DNA of 64,000 nucleotides from Geopsychrobacteraceae bacterium (GTDB lineage Bacteria > Desulfobacterota > Desulfuromonadia > Desulfuromonadales > Geopsychrobacteraceae), in assembly GCA_963662315.1 (NCBI GenBank), contig OY759353.1:1376001-1440000 (forward strand). Reading direction: 5' to 3'. Numbering within the stretch: the first letter of the stretch is position 1; every line of letters starts with the position of its first letter. The position numbers and the translations under genes were made by a program. The notes beneath the pieces were generated by a model. It searched no databases, was not told the origin of the DNA, and saw only the letters and a list, made by a program, of their open reading frames with translations. Positions 22,262-32,312 of this stretch are shown here, piece after piece.

Positions 22262-23260
22262 TTAGGCAGTTACAGGCTCGCTTAACGCGGCTTTGTCTGG
22301 CTCGGGAGTTTGGTTTTCATGCTCATACTTGCGAATGAATTCCTCAGCCATCTCAACGTCCTTTTTACAGCCGATAAAGACAGGAGACCGTTCATGAATT
22401 TCCTGCGGCTCAAGATCAAGGATCCGCTGCACCCCGTTTGACGCAGCTCCTCCAGCCTGTTCGATCAGAAAAGCCATGGGGTTCAACTCAAACAGCAGGC
22501 GTAATTTTCCATTGGGTTTATTTTTCAGGTGCGGATAAAAGAAGATCCCCTTCCCCTTCAGCAATACCTGGTTAATATCAGGCACAAAACCACCACTGTA
22601 GCGCAACTTGACGCCTCGCGCCTCAAGGGTAGAAACAAACGATTCAACCCCAGGGGTATAGAGGTTACGCATGCCTCCAGGTGAATAAAGATTGCCTTCG
22701 GGTTCAAGACGAATATTTTCCCGCAGCAGAGTATATTCCATCAGGTTGTTCATCCCGAATTCATGAACTCCCTTGCCAACGCTGTAAACCAGAGTGGTCC
22801 GAGGGCCGTACAAAATATAAACAGCTGCAGCCTGATTACGTCCTGCCTGCAGCAGATCGCACCCCTCATAAATTGAGACGATCGTTCCAACAGCAAGGTT
22901 CACATCAACCAGAGACGAGCCATCCAAAGGATCAAAAGCAACTGAATATTTGCCGTCACAATCGGGAGAAATGGGAATGATCTCATCCATTTCTTCAGAC
23001 ATCATGTTTGCAACAACCCGGGAATGGTCAAGGCGCTTACGCATAATCCGATCAGCCAGGACATCTAGCGCAAGTTGCTCTTCGCCATAAAGATTTGACG
23101 TACCTGCCACACCAAGATCACCCGTCCGGATGGAGTTAATGATATACTTGGAAGCCTCCGCAATTTCACATATCAGATGAATCAGATTTTCATGAACATA
23201 ATTTTCCCGCAGATGTCGACGTAGATCGATCTGGAATTTGGTTTTCCCCGGTTCGCTCAT
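22262..23260 (-). CDS. fbp: Class 1 fructose-1,6-bisphosphatase
   Basis: FDPLDGSS, LRYSGG and GKLRLLFE motifs. Confidence 0.95.
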   Translation of the reverse strand: MSEPGKTKFQIDLRRHLRENYVHENLIHLICEIAEASKYIINSIRTGDLGVAGTSNLYGEEQLALDVLADRIMRKRLDHSRVVANMMSEEMDEIIPISPDCDGKYSVAFDPLDGSSLVDVNLAVGTIVSIYEGCDLLQAGRNQAAAVYILYGPRTTLVYSVGKGVHEFGMNNLMEYTLLRENIRLEPEGNLYSPGGMRNLYTPGVESFVSTLEARGVKLRYSGGFVPDINQVLLKGKGIFFYPHLKNKPNGKLRLLFELNPMAFLIEQAGGAASNGVQRILDLEPQEIHERSPVFIGCKKDVEMAEEFIRKYEHENQTPEPDKAALSEPVTA

Positions 23261-23402
23261 TGGATAACAATCTCCCTAATTTTCTGAACAATAAAAAATA
23301 AACAAGGCGGTAAAAAACAGTCTAGCGTAGATTATAATGAACGGCAACCGTGGAGTAGTTTCCAACACTCCCCTCCACACCGCCCCCTCCAAGCAGTGAC
23401 CA

Positions 23403-24179
23403 TTATCCTTTGGGTGGAAAATCGCACCACACCAAAGTCGCTCCGACAACAGCCAGAGGAATACAAAAGAACTGCACGAATGGAATTGCCAATAGACAAA
23501 ACAGGCTACAGGCAAAACCCAGCATCATGACTGGATGCTGAAAAATATATTGTCTCTGTTCTCGAAAACTCATCTGCTTGCGCATAAGAACAAAGGCCAT
23601 ATATTCAACAACCAAAAAAAACAGGGTCAGCAGCGGCGCGAGAACAGCATAAAGCATCGTTCCTACGCCGGGCAGAAAATTTATCAGTAGTAGAGCCAGC
23701 ATGCAACCAATAAAGACTGCCATTTTTTTCAACTCAACGGCGATGGCAGACCAGGATTCGGCCAGGAACTTTCGCCAGCGAAAAGGCTCAGTTCCACCCT
23801 CTCCAAGGCATATGGTTTCAGCTTTTTCAGATAATAGCTCGTTAAAAGGAGATGCGATCAGATTACCAACAACAGTAAATGAGAAAAAAACCGCTACCGC
23901 AGAAATGAGCATTGCCACTATCCAGGCCAGATAATAAAGGGCAGCTCCATACCAGACGTCGTTGCTGGGAGCATAGATGTGAAGCAAATGGTCAAACAAA
24001 TCAAAACCGAAATAAACTGTCAGAGAAAAAATAATCAGGTTAATCAAAAAGGGAATCAGGACATATTTAAGCAGACCCGGCTTTTTCCGAATAAAATTCA
24101 GGGCCCGGACAGGATAACTGAAGCCCCTGGCAAAGCCGGCAACCGGCCGGACTATCTGACGACCAATCTGCTGAATCAT
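23403..24179 (-). CDS. EI24/CysZ-family membrane protein
   Basis: LIPFLIN and NLIASPFNELLSEK motifs; hydrophobic; 4-nt overlap with the upstream gene. Confidence 0.8.
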   Translation of the reverse strand: MIQQIGRQIVRPVAGFARGFSYPVRALNFIRKKPGLLKYVLIPFLINLIIFSLTVYFGFDLFDHLLHIYAPSNDVWYGAALYYLAWIVAMLISAVAVFFSFTVVGNLIASPFNELLSEKAETICLGEGGTEPFRWRKFLAESWSAIAVELKKMAVFIGCMLALLLINFLPGVGTMLYAVLAPLLTLFFLVVEYMAFVLMRKQMSFREQRQYIFQHPVMMLGFACSLFCLLAIPFVQFFCIPLAVVGATLVWCDFPPKG

Positions 24180-25069
24180 ACGTTGACCTCACAAGCTTCG
24201 AGTCCCGAGGCAAGGGTCGGATAAAGCAACTCAATCTGCAGCATATCCAGCATTTTCTGATTGGTCATTTTTCTTGATTCTTTTAAGAATGATAAAGTCA
24301 AAGGATTCATGATTTTTTCTGCTTCCTCACGGGTCAGTTCCTGAGGCAGAGGCAGATCATATTTTCGCGCTACACTGCGGAAATAGTGACTCATACTGCT
24401 TTCTTCTCCATCACACACATTGAAAATATCCCCGTGCTGCCCCCTGTCCATAGCTGCCGCGCAAATGCGGACCAGATCGAGACTGTGAATACGGTTGGTT
24501 CGCGGCGAATCTTCCGCCCGCAGCACCTGGTGCCCCCTGGTCAGCTGAGCCAAGGGTAACCGACCAGGTCCATATATACCGGTAACACGCAGGATAACGA
24601 GGTCAAACCCCAAGCGGGCCGCACAGGCCTGCAGCTGCGATTCAGCACTGACCCTGCGTTTAGCGCGACTGGTCTGGGGATTTAGCGGTGTTTCTTCAGT
24701 CACCAGCCGATCACCACAATCGCCATAAACACCGCTGGTACTTAAATAAACTATTTTTTTCGGACAATTATCAACCGTCAGGCGCCGGCAGAAATTGAGC
24801 ATGCGGTAATCGCTGGTTCCTCCCCCTTGCGGAGGAAGGAAATAAAACAGCTCATGCCCTTGGACAGAGAATTCAGGAATATCGTCCTGATAATCAAAAT
24901 TGGCCACAACAACATCAAATCCGAGCTTGGCAAGAGCATCTCTCCCCTCTTCAAAGTGACTGGTCACCTGAACATGATGATGCTCGGATAACAGTACCTT
25001 TCCCAAACGCTGACCGATATCACCACAACCAATAATCGTGTACATGTGCCCCTTGTTATTGATCATCAT
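24176..25069 (-). CDS. NAD-dependent epimerase/dehydratase (atypical SDR)
   Basis: GCGDIG, YLSTSGVYG, GIYGPGR and NRIH motifs. Confidence 0.85.
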   Translation of the reverse strand: MMINNKGHMYTIIGCGDIGQRLGKVLLSEHHHVQVTSHFEEGRDALAKLGFDVVVANFDYQDDIPEFSVQGHELFYFLPPQGGGTSDYRMLNFCRRLTVDNCPKKIVYLSTSGVYGDCGDRLVTEETPLNPQTSRAKRRVSAESQLQACAARLGFDLVILRVTGIYGPGRLPLAQLTRGHQVLRAEDSPRTNRIHSLDLVRICAAAMDRGQHGDIFNVCDGEESSMSHYFRSVARKYDLPLPQELTREEAEKIMNPLTLSFLKESRKMTNQKMLDMLQIELLYPTLASGLEACEVNV

Positions 25070-27711
25070 GACAAACTCTTGGTAACGATTTCATAGAGAT
25101 CTTTTGAAAGAGCGGCAGCAGCCAAACGTTCCAACTCCCCCTTCATCAATATTTGCCGGCCAGGCTCAAGACGCTTCCAACGGGTAAACGGACCCGCAAG
25201 GCGAGCAGCCAATTGAGGATTGCGCGCATCTATCAACAATATCTGGTCAGCCAGCCATTTATACCCCAAACCATCGGCACAATGAAATGCATTCAGATTC
25301 TGGCTGAAGGCCCCAATCAACGAGCGAACCCGGTTCGGATTGGAATAAGAGAATTTCGGATGCGCCAGCAGCCGCTGAACATCAGCGAACACGTTGTCCG
25401 TTTGAGCCAAAGCCTGCAAAGAGAACCACTTATCAAGCAAAAGCGGATGGGACTGCCAACGTTGATAAAAATCTTCGATGACAGAATTCCTAGAAAAGGC
25501 ATCACTATTCGCCAGGGCTGAAAAAGCAGCCAGACGATCAGTCATATTGCTCGCCTGTTCATACTGTTTCAGACACAGGGATTCACTTTCTGTACCACCA
25601 GACAGCAGCAACTGCGCCAGGCAGAAGTTAGCCAGACTACGCTTGCCAATCGCTGAAGGATCAAGGGAATAACGTCCGTCTCCCTGGGCCCTTCGGTAAC
25701 GTTGCTCCAATAAGGCTTTATTTGCACACGCCAGTGATTTACGGGCCAACTGACGGACCTGATAAATTCGCGCCGGATCGACACTGGAGAGTTGATCAGC
25801 CAGGAACTGCTCATTGGGTAAACTCAACAACTGAGTCAAAAGACTGCTATCCGCCGAATAATCTGCCAAAGCTGCTGCCCAGGCATTAACAAACACAGGA
25901 CTTAAAGAGAACTGATCGGGTGACACAACAACGGATTCGTAATTGGCCAGCAACTCACGTGTGGCCAGCTGCTGCCCAGCTTCCCAGCGATTGAATTCAT
26001 CGGCATCGTGGGCTAAGCGGAAAGCCAGATCAGCACTGCTGATATCTGCCCGCAGAACCACTGGAGCGGAAAACTGGCGCAACAGAGACACAACCGGCCT
26101 ATTGGGAACATGCTCAAAAACAAATTTCTGGCTGGCTTGCGTTAGTTCCAGGGTCCGTGTGGTACCCACCGGAGCATTTTCACCGGTTAACTGTAAAGGG
26201 ATATCATGACCATCACTGTCGAGCAGTCCAACAACCAGTGGCAAATGAAACGGCTCTTTGGTGTCCTGCCCCGGTGTCGGGGCACACGACTGAGACAAGG
26301 TCAAGGTCAAGGTTTTATCCTCCGCATCGTATACTTCAGAGTATTCGATCTGTGGAGTTCCCGCCTGACGATACCAGTTTTTAAATTGCCTCAGGTCGAT
26401 ACTGCCTGCCTCTTCCATGGCGGCGACAAAATCATCACAGGTGGCTGCTTGTCCATCGTGTTTCTGCAGATAGTTGCGGACCCCAGCAATGAATTTTTCT
26501 TTTCCGAGCAGAGTCCGCATCATGCGGATAACTTCCGCCCCTTTGTTGTAGATAGTGGTCGTATAAAAGTTGTTAATCTCAACATAGGACGAAGGTCTGA
26601 TCGGATGGGCCATGGGACCAGCATCTTCCGGGAACTGAAACTGTCGGAGGACTCTGACATCGTCAATCCGCTTTACCGCAGGCGAATTCAGATCCGCAGA
26701 AAATTCCTGATCACGGAAGACGGTGAGCCCCTCCTTAAGACTCAACTGGAACCAATCCCTACAGGTTACCCGGTTACCGGTCCAGTTATGAAAATATTCG
26801 TGGCCGATAACAGATTCCACCCCAAGGAAATCACTATCCGTCGCTGTTTCCGGGTGGGCGAGCACATACTTGGAGTTGAAAACATTCAACCCCTTATTTT
26901 CCATCGCTCCCATATTGAAGTCATCAACGGCCACAATCATATAGCGATCCAGGTCATACTCAAGACCAAAAAACTCTTCGTCCCACTGCATAGCTTTCTT
27001 CAGAGAACGCATTGCATGGTCGCAATAATCGCGATTGCGCGCCTCAACAAAAATCTGTAGCAGCACCTCACGTCCGGAGGTCGTTTTATACTGATCTTCA
27101 ATACACACCAGATCGCCAGCAACCAAGGCAAACAGATAGCTTGGTTTGCGGAACGGATCTTCCCACACAGCATAATGGCGACCATTATCAGTTGAGCCAG
27201 ACTCAATCAGGTTACCGTTACTAAGCAGTACCGGATACGTTTCCCCAGCTTCAATCCGCACACGGAATTTAGTCAAAACATCAGGCCGATCAGGATAATA
27301 AGTAATTTTCCGGAATCCTTCAGCCTCACATTGAGTACAGAAGTTTCCGTTTGAGAGGTACAGCCCCTCAAGAGAACTGTTATTTTTCGGATCAATTATC
27401 GTTATCAGGGTTAGTTCAAACGACTTCGGAACAACGGGAATTTCCAATACACCATTGGATACAATATATCGATCAGCAGACAGAGGCTCCCCGTCCAGGG
27501 CAATCATATCGAGGCGTAATTCTTCGCCATGAAGAAATAGGGCTTCAGAATGCCCTTCCCGGTCCGGGTTCAAGGTATAACGAGCGACACAGGTAACCTG
27601 CGTCGCGGTTTCATGTAATTGAAAATCAAGAAAAAGATGCTCAACCAGATAAGCAGGTGTCTTATAATCAGCAAGAAAAACTGTCTGTGGTGCAGTCGTA
27701 GCTTCCGTCAT
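25066..27711 (-). CDS. pepN: Aminopeptidase N (M1)
   Basis: GAMENKG, HEYFHNWTGNR and LKEG motifs. Confidence 0.97.
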   Translation of the reverse strand: MTEATTAPQTVFLADYKTPAYLVEHLFLDFQLHETATQVTCVARYTLNPDREGHSEALFLHGEELRLDMIALDGEPLSADRYIVSNGVLEIPVVPKSFELTLITIIDPKNNSSLEGLYLSNGNFCTQCEAEGFRKITYYPDRPDVLTKFRVRIEAGETYPVLLSNGNLIESGSTDNGRHYAVWEDPFRKPSYLFALVAGDLVCIEDQYKTTSGREVLLQIFVEARNRDYCDHAMRSLKKAMQWDEEFFGLEYDLDRYMIVAVDDFNMGAMENKGLNVFNSKYVLAHPETATDSDFLGVESVIGHEYFHNWTGNRVTCRDWFQLSLKEGLTVFRDQEFSADLNSPAVKRIDDVRVLRQFQFPEDAGPMAHPIRPSSYVEINNFYTTTIYNKGAEVIRMMRTLLGKEKFIAGVRNYLQKHDGQAATCDDFVAAMEEAGSIDLRQFKNWYRQAGTPQIEYSEVYDAEDKTLTLTLSQSCAPTPGQDTKEPFHLPLVVGLLDSDGHDIPLQLTGENAPVGTTRTLELTQASQKFVFEHVPNRPVVSLLRQFSAPVVLRADISSADLAFRLAHDADEFNRWEAGQQLATRELLANYESVVVSPDQFSLSPVFVNAWAAALADYSADSSLLTQLLSLPNEQFLADQLSSVDPARIYQVRQLARKSLACANKALLEQRYRRAQGDGRYSLDPSAIGKRSLANFCLAQLLLSGGTESESLCLKQYEQASNMTDRLAAFSALANSDAFSRNSVIEDFYQRWQSHPLLLDKWFSLQALAQTDNVFADVQRLLAHPKFSYSNPNRVRSLIGAFSQNLNAFHCADGLGYKWLADQILLIDARNPQLAARLAGPFTRWKRLEPGRQILMKGELERLAAAALSKDLYEIVTKSLS

Positions 27712-27862
27712 TTTTCACATTCCAATCTTAAAAAAGTAACAACGATATCAGGAGCATAACATGTTCATTGGAGCAGCAAAAGAGAGGTAACGCAAAAAAA
27801 AGAAGGACAGCCAAAGACCGTCCTTCTTAGAAAGCGAACTATTTTTTTATGGCAGAGCATTA

Positions 27863-28069
27863 TTACAAGGCGTAAGCTTCAAGGGCCTGTTCTTCGTTCC
27901 ACAGCTCAATGGCTTCATCCAGAGAATCCGCTACAGCCATTTTCTCACAATTGTCCTTAGAGCAATAAATTCCCCAATGACTTGAGGGTGCAAAGCTGCT
28001 GGGACCAAAAATCTTTGCCTGCCCACCACACCGACACGGAACCGCAACATAGTGCTGAAAACCACCCAT
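27863..28069 (-). CDS. Small Cys-rich protein resembling Lar (restriction alleviation) zinc-ribbon proteins
   Basis: RBS aaggag; PCRCGG...YCSKDNC...EAIELWNE pattern; followed by a hairpin and T-run near 27796-27828. Confidence 0.6.
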   Translation of the reverse strand: MGGFQHYVAVPCRCGGQAKIFGPSSFAPSSHWGIYCSKDNCEKMAVADSLDEAIELWNEEQALEAYAL

Positions 28070-28410
28070 AACCTTCTCTCCTTTCAGAAAAACGAATAAT
28101 CAAATCACGTAAAAAGCAGTTACTTAACGTGTAATATTATTCGTTATCTTACATCTGAAACCGTCCAGTCAATCAGTTTTTCAGCCAAAAAAATTAATAA
28201 AACATCGATCTACAGAACCCAATGGAGACCCCCAAAAAGACCCTGAAAATCGAAAAAAAAACCTAAAGAATTCCTTAGGGATAGCCGACAAAAAAAAATA
28301 CAGCATTTTCAACCGAGCCAATTTAGCAACGATTATATTAAGGAAGAATATTATAAAACATCTTTCTATCACTACTCTTCACTATTAAGCCAAACAATGA
28401 ACCTCCCCAG

Positions 28411-28929
28411 CTACAGATAATCCCGATACAGCAGACTCGTCTGAATTCCATCATTGCCCTGATATTTACCACTGGTGTAATTATCATAGTCACCGTCAAT
28501 GGAATGATAATAAATCTGGCATATTTCCACTCCGGCATAAATGCGGATCGGCTGCACACAAAAAATCTCCAGGGTCCAGTATCCCTTAAAACCGACATCG
28601 CCAAAACCGGCAGTAACATGGACAAACAATCCCAACCGTCCAATCGAAGACCGCCCTTCGAGCATCGGCACCAAACCTTTCGTCTCCGTATATTCAATCG
28701 TACGCCCCAGGTAAAGACGCTGCGGCTCAAGCACCAAACCCTCAGGCGGAATAGCCAGTGTCTTATGGGCATTATCTTTTTTCATATCAAGAACCGGCTC
28801 TTCGTAAACAACCAGTTCATTAAACAGCGACAGATTATAACTATTGGGATTTAGACGCTTCGGATTGTAAGGGCTGATAACAATGTCACGATCTATTCTG
28901 TTTGCTATTTCTTTTCCGGATAAAATCAT
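28411..28929 (-). CDS. dcd: dCTP deaminase
   Basis: NPNSYNL, EGRSSIGRLG, AGFGDVGF and GKYQ motifs. Confidence 0.92.
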   Translation of the reverse strand: MILSGKEIANRIDRDIVISPYNPKRLNPNSYNLSLFNELVVYEEPVLDMKKDNAHKTLAIPPEGLVLEPQRLYLGRTIEYTETKGLVPMLEGRSSIGRLGLFVHVTAGFGDVGFKGYWTLEIFCVQPIRIYAGVEICQIYYHSIDGDYDNYTSGKYQGNDGIQTSLLYRDYL

Positions 28930-29109
28930 ACACACGTCCTTATCAGGCATGTCACTTAGAAGTCATACACTCAACCCGTTCAGAGTTGCATATTCGCTAC
29001 GCGCTTTAATCTTAAGAAGAAAGATAAAGAAAGGTCAATACAGCACACATCAAAGGGGGAAAAAATACTCTTTCGTGTCGCAAATCCTAGCCAACGCAAC
29101 AATGATATG

Positions 29110-29436
29110 TTATGTATTTATCTCGTTTACGGTCCCGCAGGACCAGCAGGCTCCGAAATGAGCCTGGACCTGCTCACCACACCGGGGGCAAGTCCAGTAA
29201 CCATCTTCAGGGGTGCTTTTCTTTAACCAGGCATTAAGCAACAGCTTTGCTCGTGGATAGGTATCACTATCGATAACCCAAAGTTCAGGACAACATTCGA
29301 CAAAAGGGATTTCACCAACAGCCGAAGAAAGTTGATCGTTCCGCACGATGCAGTCAATGCCTTCTGCAGCAAGTATTTCTTTCAGCAGTGCCGCCTGCAG
29401 TCGATCCCAATAACTAAATACATGTAGTTTTTGCAT
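29110..29436 (-). CDS. DUF2007-like protein with C-terminal zinc finger
   Basis: L.AEGIDC.VRN, GEIPF..C.PELWV and WTCPRCGE...CWSCG motifs. Confidence 0.75.
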   Translation of the reverse strand: MQKLHVFSYWDRLQAALLKEILAAEGIDCIVRNDQLSSAVGEIPFVECCPELWVIDSDTYPRAKLLLNAWLKKSTPEDGYWTCPRCGEQVQAHFGACWSCGTVNEINT

Positions 29437-29537
29437 AATACTCCAGAGTATAGCAACTTTTGTGCGTCACAGCAGATTACGGTTTTTGTTTTCGATATAA
29501 TGAGTCATCAAGGAATCAGATCAAAAGGAGACACAAA

Positions 29538-30593
29538 ATGACAGATATCTCTACAAGCTATATGGGACTTGCGCTGAAAAGTCCAGTGGTCGTTGCCAGC
29601 AGCAGCAAAACCGGCTCTATTGCAGGAATCAAAGAATGTGCAGAGGCTGGCGCCGGCGCAATCGTACTGAAATCCCTTTTTGAGGAACAAATTGTTGCCG
29701 AAACCAACAAGCTCAGCGCTCATGCTGAAGATTATTCAGGTTATGGCGAAGCTTACCAGTACCTGCAGGGCTATGGTGAACAGCTCGGGCCACAGCAATA
29801 CCTGCAACTGGTCAAAGATGCCAAAGCCGCTGTCGATGTACCGATTATTGCCAGTTTGAACTGCATTTCAGGTGACAGCTGGGCCAGCTATGCCAAAAAA
29901 CTTGAATCTGCAGGTGCCGACGGCATTGAACTGAATGTCAGCATGATGCCAACCGACCCCAATGTTCCCGGTCTCGACATCGTCGACAGTTACCTGAAAA
30001 TATTATACGAAGTTAAGCAGCAGGTAAAAATTCCTGTTGCCATGAAGGTTGGCCCTTACTTTACCTCATTCGCCAATTTTGCCGACCGTCTGACCCGCGA
30101 CCGAGCCGAAGCGCCCGCCTACAGCGTCGGTTGGCTTGGCAAAGATACCGAACCTGGTCAGATTGTCTGGAAAGGTGCTGATGCGCTGGTTCTGTTCAAC
30201 CGCTTTTACAAGCTGGATATCGATATCGATCAACAAAAATTGGTGGCCGGAAATCCTTACAGCCACTCGGCCGAAAACAGCGAAGTGCTACGCTGGCTGA
30301 CCATTCTGGCCGGCAAGACGTGTGATCTCGCCGCTTCTACGGGTATCCACAATGGCAGCGATGCCATTAAGGCGTTGCTTGCCGGAGCAAAAGTCGTTCA
30401 AGTATGTTCGACCCTGTTCCTTAACGGTGCTCAGCAGATCAAGGTCATCGAAGACGAACTCAAAGCCTGGATGAATAAGCATGGCTATGCAAAACTTTGT
30501 GATTTCCGGGGCCAATTGAGCCAGGCGAAGAGTGAGAAGCCCAAGGATCACGAGCGTTTGCAGTACGTTAAATTATTTGTTGGTATAGACTGA
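29538..30593 (+). CDS. Dihydroorotate dehydrogenase-like FMN protein
   Basis: YMGLALKSP, VLKSLFEEQ, VLFNRFY and ERLQY motifs; ATG 29538 after AGGAG. Confidence 0.85.
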   Translation: MTDISTSYMGLALKSPVVVASSSKTGSIAGIKECAEAGAGAIVLKSLFEEQIVAETNKLSAHAEDYSGYGEAYQYLQGYGEQLGPQQYLQLVKDAKAAVDVPIIASLNCISGDSWASYAKKLESAGADGIELNVSMMPTDPNVPGLDIVDSYLKILYEVKQQVKIPVAMKVGPYFTSFANFADRLTRDRAEAPAYSVGWLGKDTEPGQIVWKGADALVLFNRFYKLDIDIDQQKLVAGNPYSHSAENSEVLRWLTILAGKTCDLAASTGIHNGSDAIKALLAGAKVVQVCSTLFLNGAQQIKVIEDELKAWMNKHGYAKLCDFRGQLSQAKSEKPKDHERLQYVKLFVGID

Positions 30594-30627
30594 TAAGGTA
30601 TATTCAACAATTCGTCAGCTATTTTTA

Positions 30628-30654
30628 TCGGCCTCTGTTATTTGCAGAGGCCGA
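30628..30654 (+). terminator. Hairpin after the DHOD-like gene
   Basis: tcggcctctg...cagaggccga inverted repeat. Confidence 0.55.
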
Positions 30655-30681
30655 ATAGCTTTATAAGGAATAATCGGATTC

Positions 30682-32190
30682 ATGAAAGATATGTTGCGTC
30701 ACATTCTGACTTCACGCGTTTATGAGGCGGCTATAGAAACTCCCCTGGATGAGGCAGCCAATCTTTCTCATGAGCTAGGCAATCGGATTTTACTTAAACG
30801 TGAAGACCTGCAACCGGTCTTTTCCTTCAAGATACGCGGGGCATACAACAAAATTGCCCACCTGTCTAAAGCGGAACAAGCCAAAGGCGTCATAGCCGCA
30901 TCAGCAGGCAATCACGCTCAAGGGGTTGCCTTTTCAGCCCAGAAACTGGGGCTGAAAGCCCTTATAGTCATGCCCGCCACAACCCCGCAGATCAAAATTG
31001 ACGCCGTCAAATCGTTTGGGGCCGAAGTCGTCCTGCATGGAGACAATTACTCTGAAGCGGCCAAGCATTGTGATGAAATCCTGGCAAAAACAGGCATGAC
31101 TTATATTCACCCCTTCGATGACCTGCTGGTCATCGCCGGACAGGGGACGGTTGCCGTAGAACTGCTCAGACAAAGCAACGGGATGATAGATGCCGTATTT
31201 GTACCGGTCGGCGGGGGTGGACTGATCTCTGGGATTGCGACTTACCTGAAATCATTACTTCCTGAGATAAAAATCATTGGTGTAGAACCGGTTGACAGTG
31301 ACGCCATGTATCAGTCATTGCAAACAGGCGAGCGGGTCAACCTGGCTTCCGTAGGTATTTTTGCAGATGGGGTAGCCGTACGTCAGGTCGGAGAGTTGAC
31401 CTATCAATTTTGTCGTGAATATGTTGACGATATTATCCGTGTCAGCACTGATGAACTGTGTGGCGCCATCAAGACCATTTATCAGGACACCAGGTCAATT
31501 GTTGAACCAGCGGGAGCTCTCGCTGTCGCGGGGCTGAAACAGTACGTTAAACTGCATAAGCTGAAAAATCAGACACTGATTGCCATAAATTCCGGGGCCA
31601 ACATGAATTTCGAGAGGCTGCGCTATGTCTCGGAACGGACGATGACAGGCTCTGGAAAAGAAGCCCTATTTGCCGTATCCATTCCAGAACAGCCAGGATC
31701 TCTCCGTTATTTCTGCACCCACATCCTTGATGGCCTCAACATCACAGAATTTAATTATCGCTTGGCTGACCGCACCCAGGCCCAGCTGTTTGTCGGGATT
31801 TCAATCGGTCATGAACAGGAACGGACCAATTTCATGGCGCGCCTTGAAAAAGAGGGATATCACAGCGTCGATCTGACCGAAAATGAACTGGCCAAAACCC
31901 ACTTGCGCTACATGGTTGGTGGTCGCTCTGCAGAAGCACATCGAGAGCGTTTATTCCGCTTCCGCTTTCCAGAACGGCCAGGAGCATTATCGCGCTTCCT
32001 CAGCGCCATGCGCGTCGACTGGAACATTTCTCTATTCCATTACCGAAGCCAGGGGGGCGATTTTGGCCGCGTCCTGATCGGCCTTGAAATTCCACAAGGT
32101 GATTCGGGTCATTTAGATGATTTTCTCAATAAGCTTGGCTATCATTTCATTGAAGAAACTCAGGACCCAGCCTATAAACTGTTTTTGTGA
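30682..32190 (+). CDS. ilvA: Biosynthetic threonine ammonia-lyase
   Basis: FSFKIRGA (PLP lysine), ASAGNHAQG, two C-terminal regulatory domains (PEQPG, PERPG). Confidence 0.96.
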   Translation: MKDMLRHILTSRVYEAAIETPLDEAANLSHELGNRILLKREDLQPVFSFKIRGAYNKIAHLSKAEQAKGVIAASAGNHAQGVAFSAQKLGLKALIVMPATTPQIKIDAVKSFGAEVVLHGDNYSEAAKHCDEILAKTGMTYIHPFDDLLVIAGQGTVAVELLRQSNGMIDAVFVPVGGGGLISGIATYLKSLLPEIKIIGVEPVDSDAMYQSLQTGERVNLASVGIFADGVAVRQVGELTYQFCREYVDDIIRVSTDELCGAIKTIYQDTRSIVEPAGALAVAGLKQYVKLHKLKNQTLIAINSGANMNFERLRYVSERTMTGSGKEALFAVSIPEQPGSLRYFCTHILDGLNITEFNYRLADRTQAQLFVGISIGHEQERTNFMARLEKEGYHSVDLTENELAKTHLRYMVGGRSAEAHRERLFRFRFPERPGALSRFLSAMRVDWNISLFHYRSQGGDFGRVLIGLEIPQGDSGHLDDFLNKLGYHFIEETQDPAYKLFL

Positions 32191-32312
32191 AAAACGCAGT
32201 AGCTTAGTGTTGTTATGTGAGAAATTAACCGACCTGCAGATTTTCCATTTGTGACTTTTTCTGACACTCAAATCCTTTAGAGTTGCTTTATCTCTAACCC
32301 TCAGGAAAAGTT

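Noticed and set aside
26206..27060. 284-aa ORF on the + strand
   Set aside because: Antisense shadow of pepN with no domain features.
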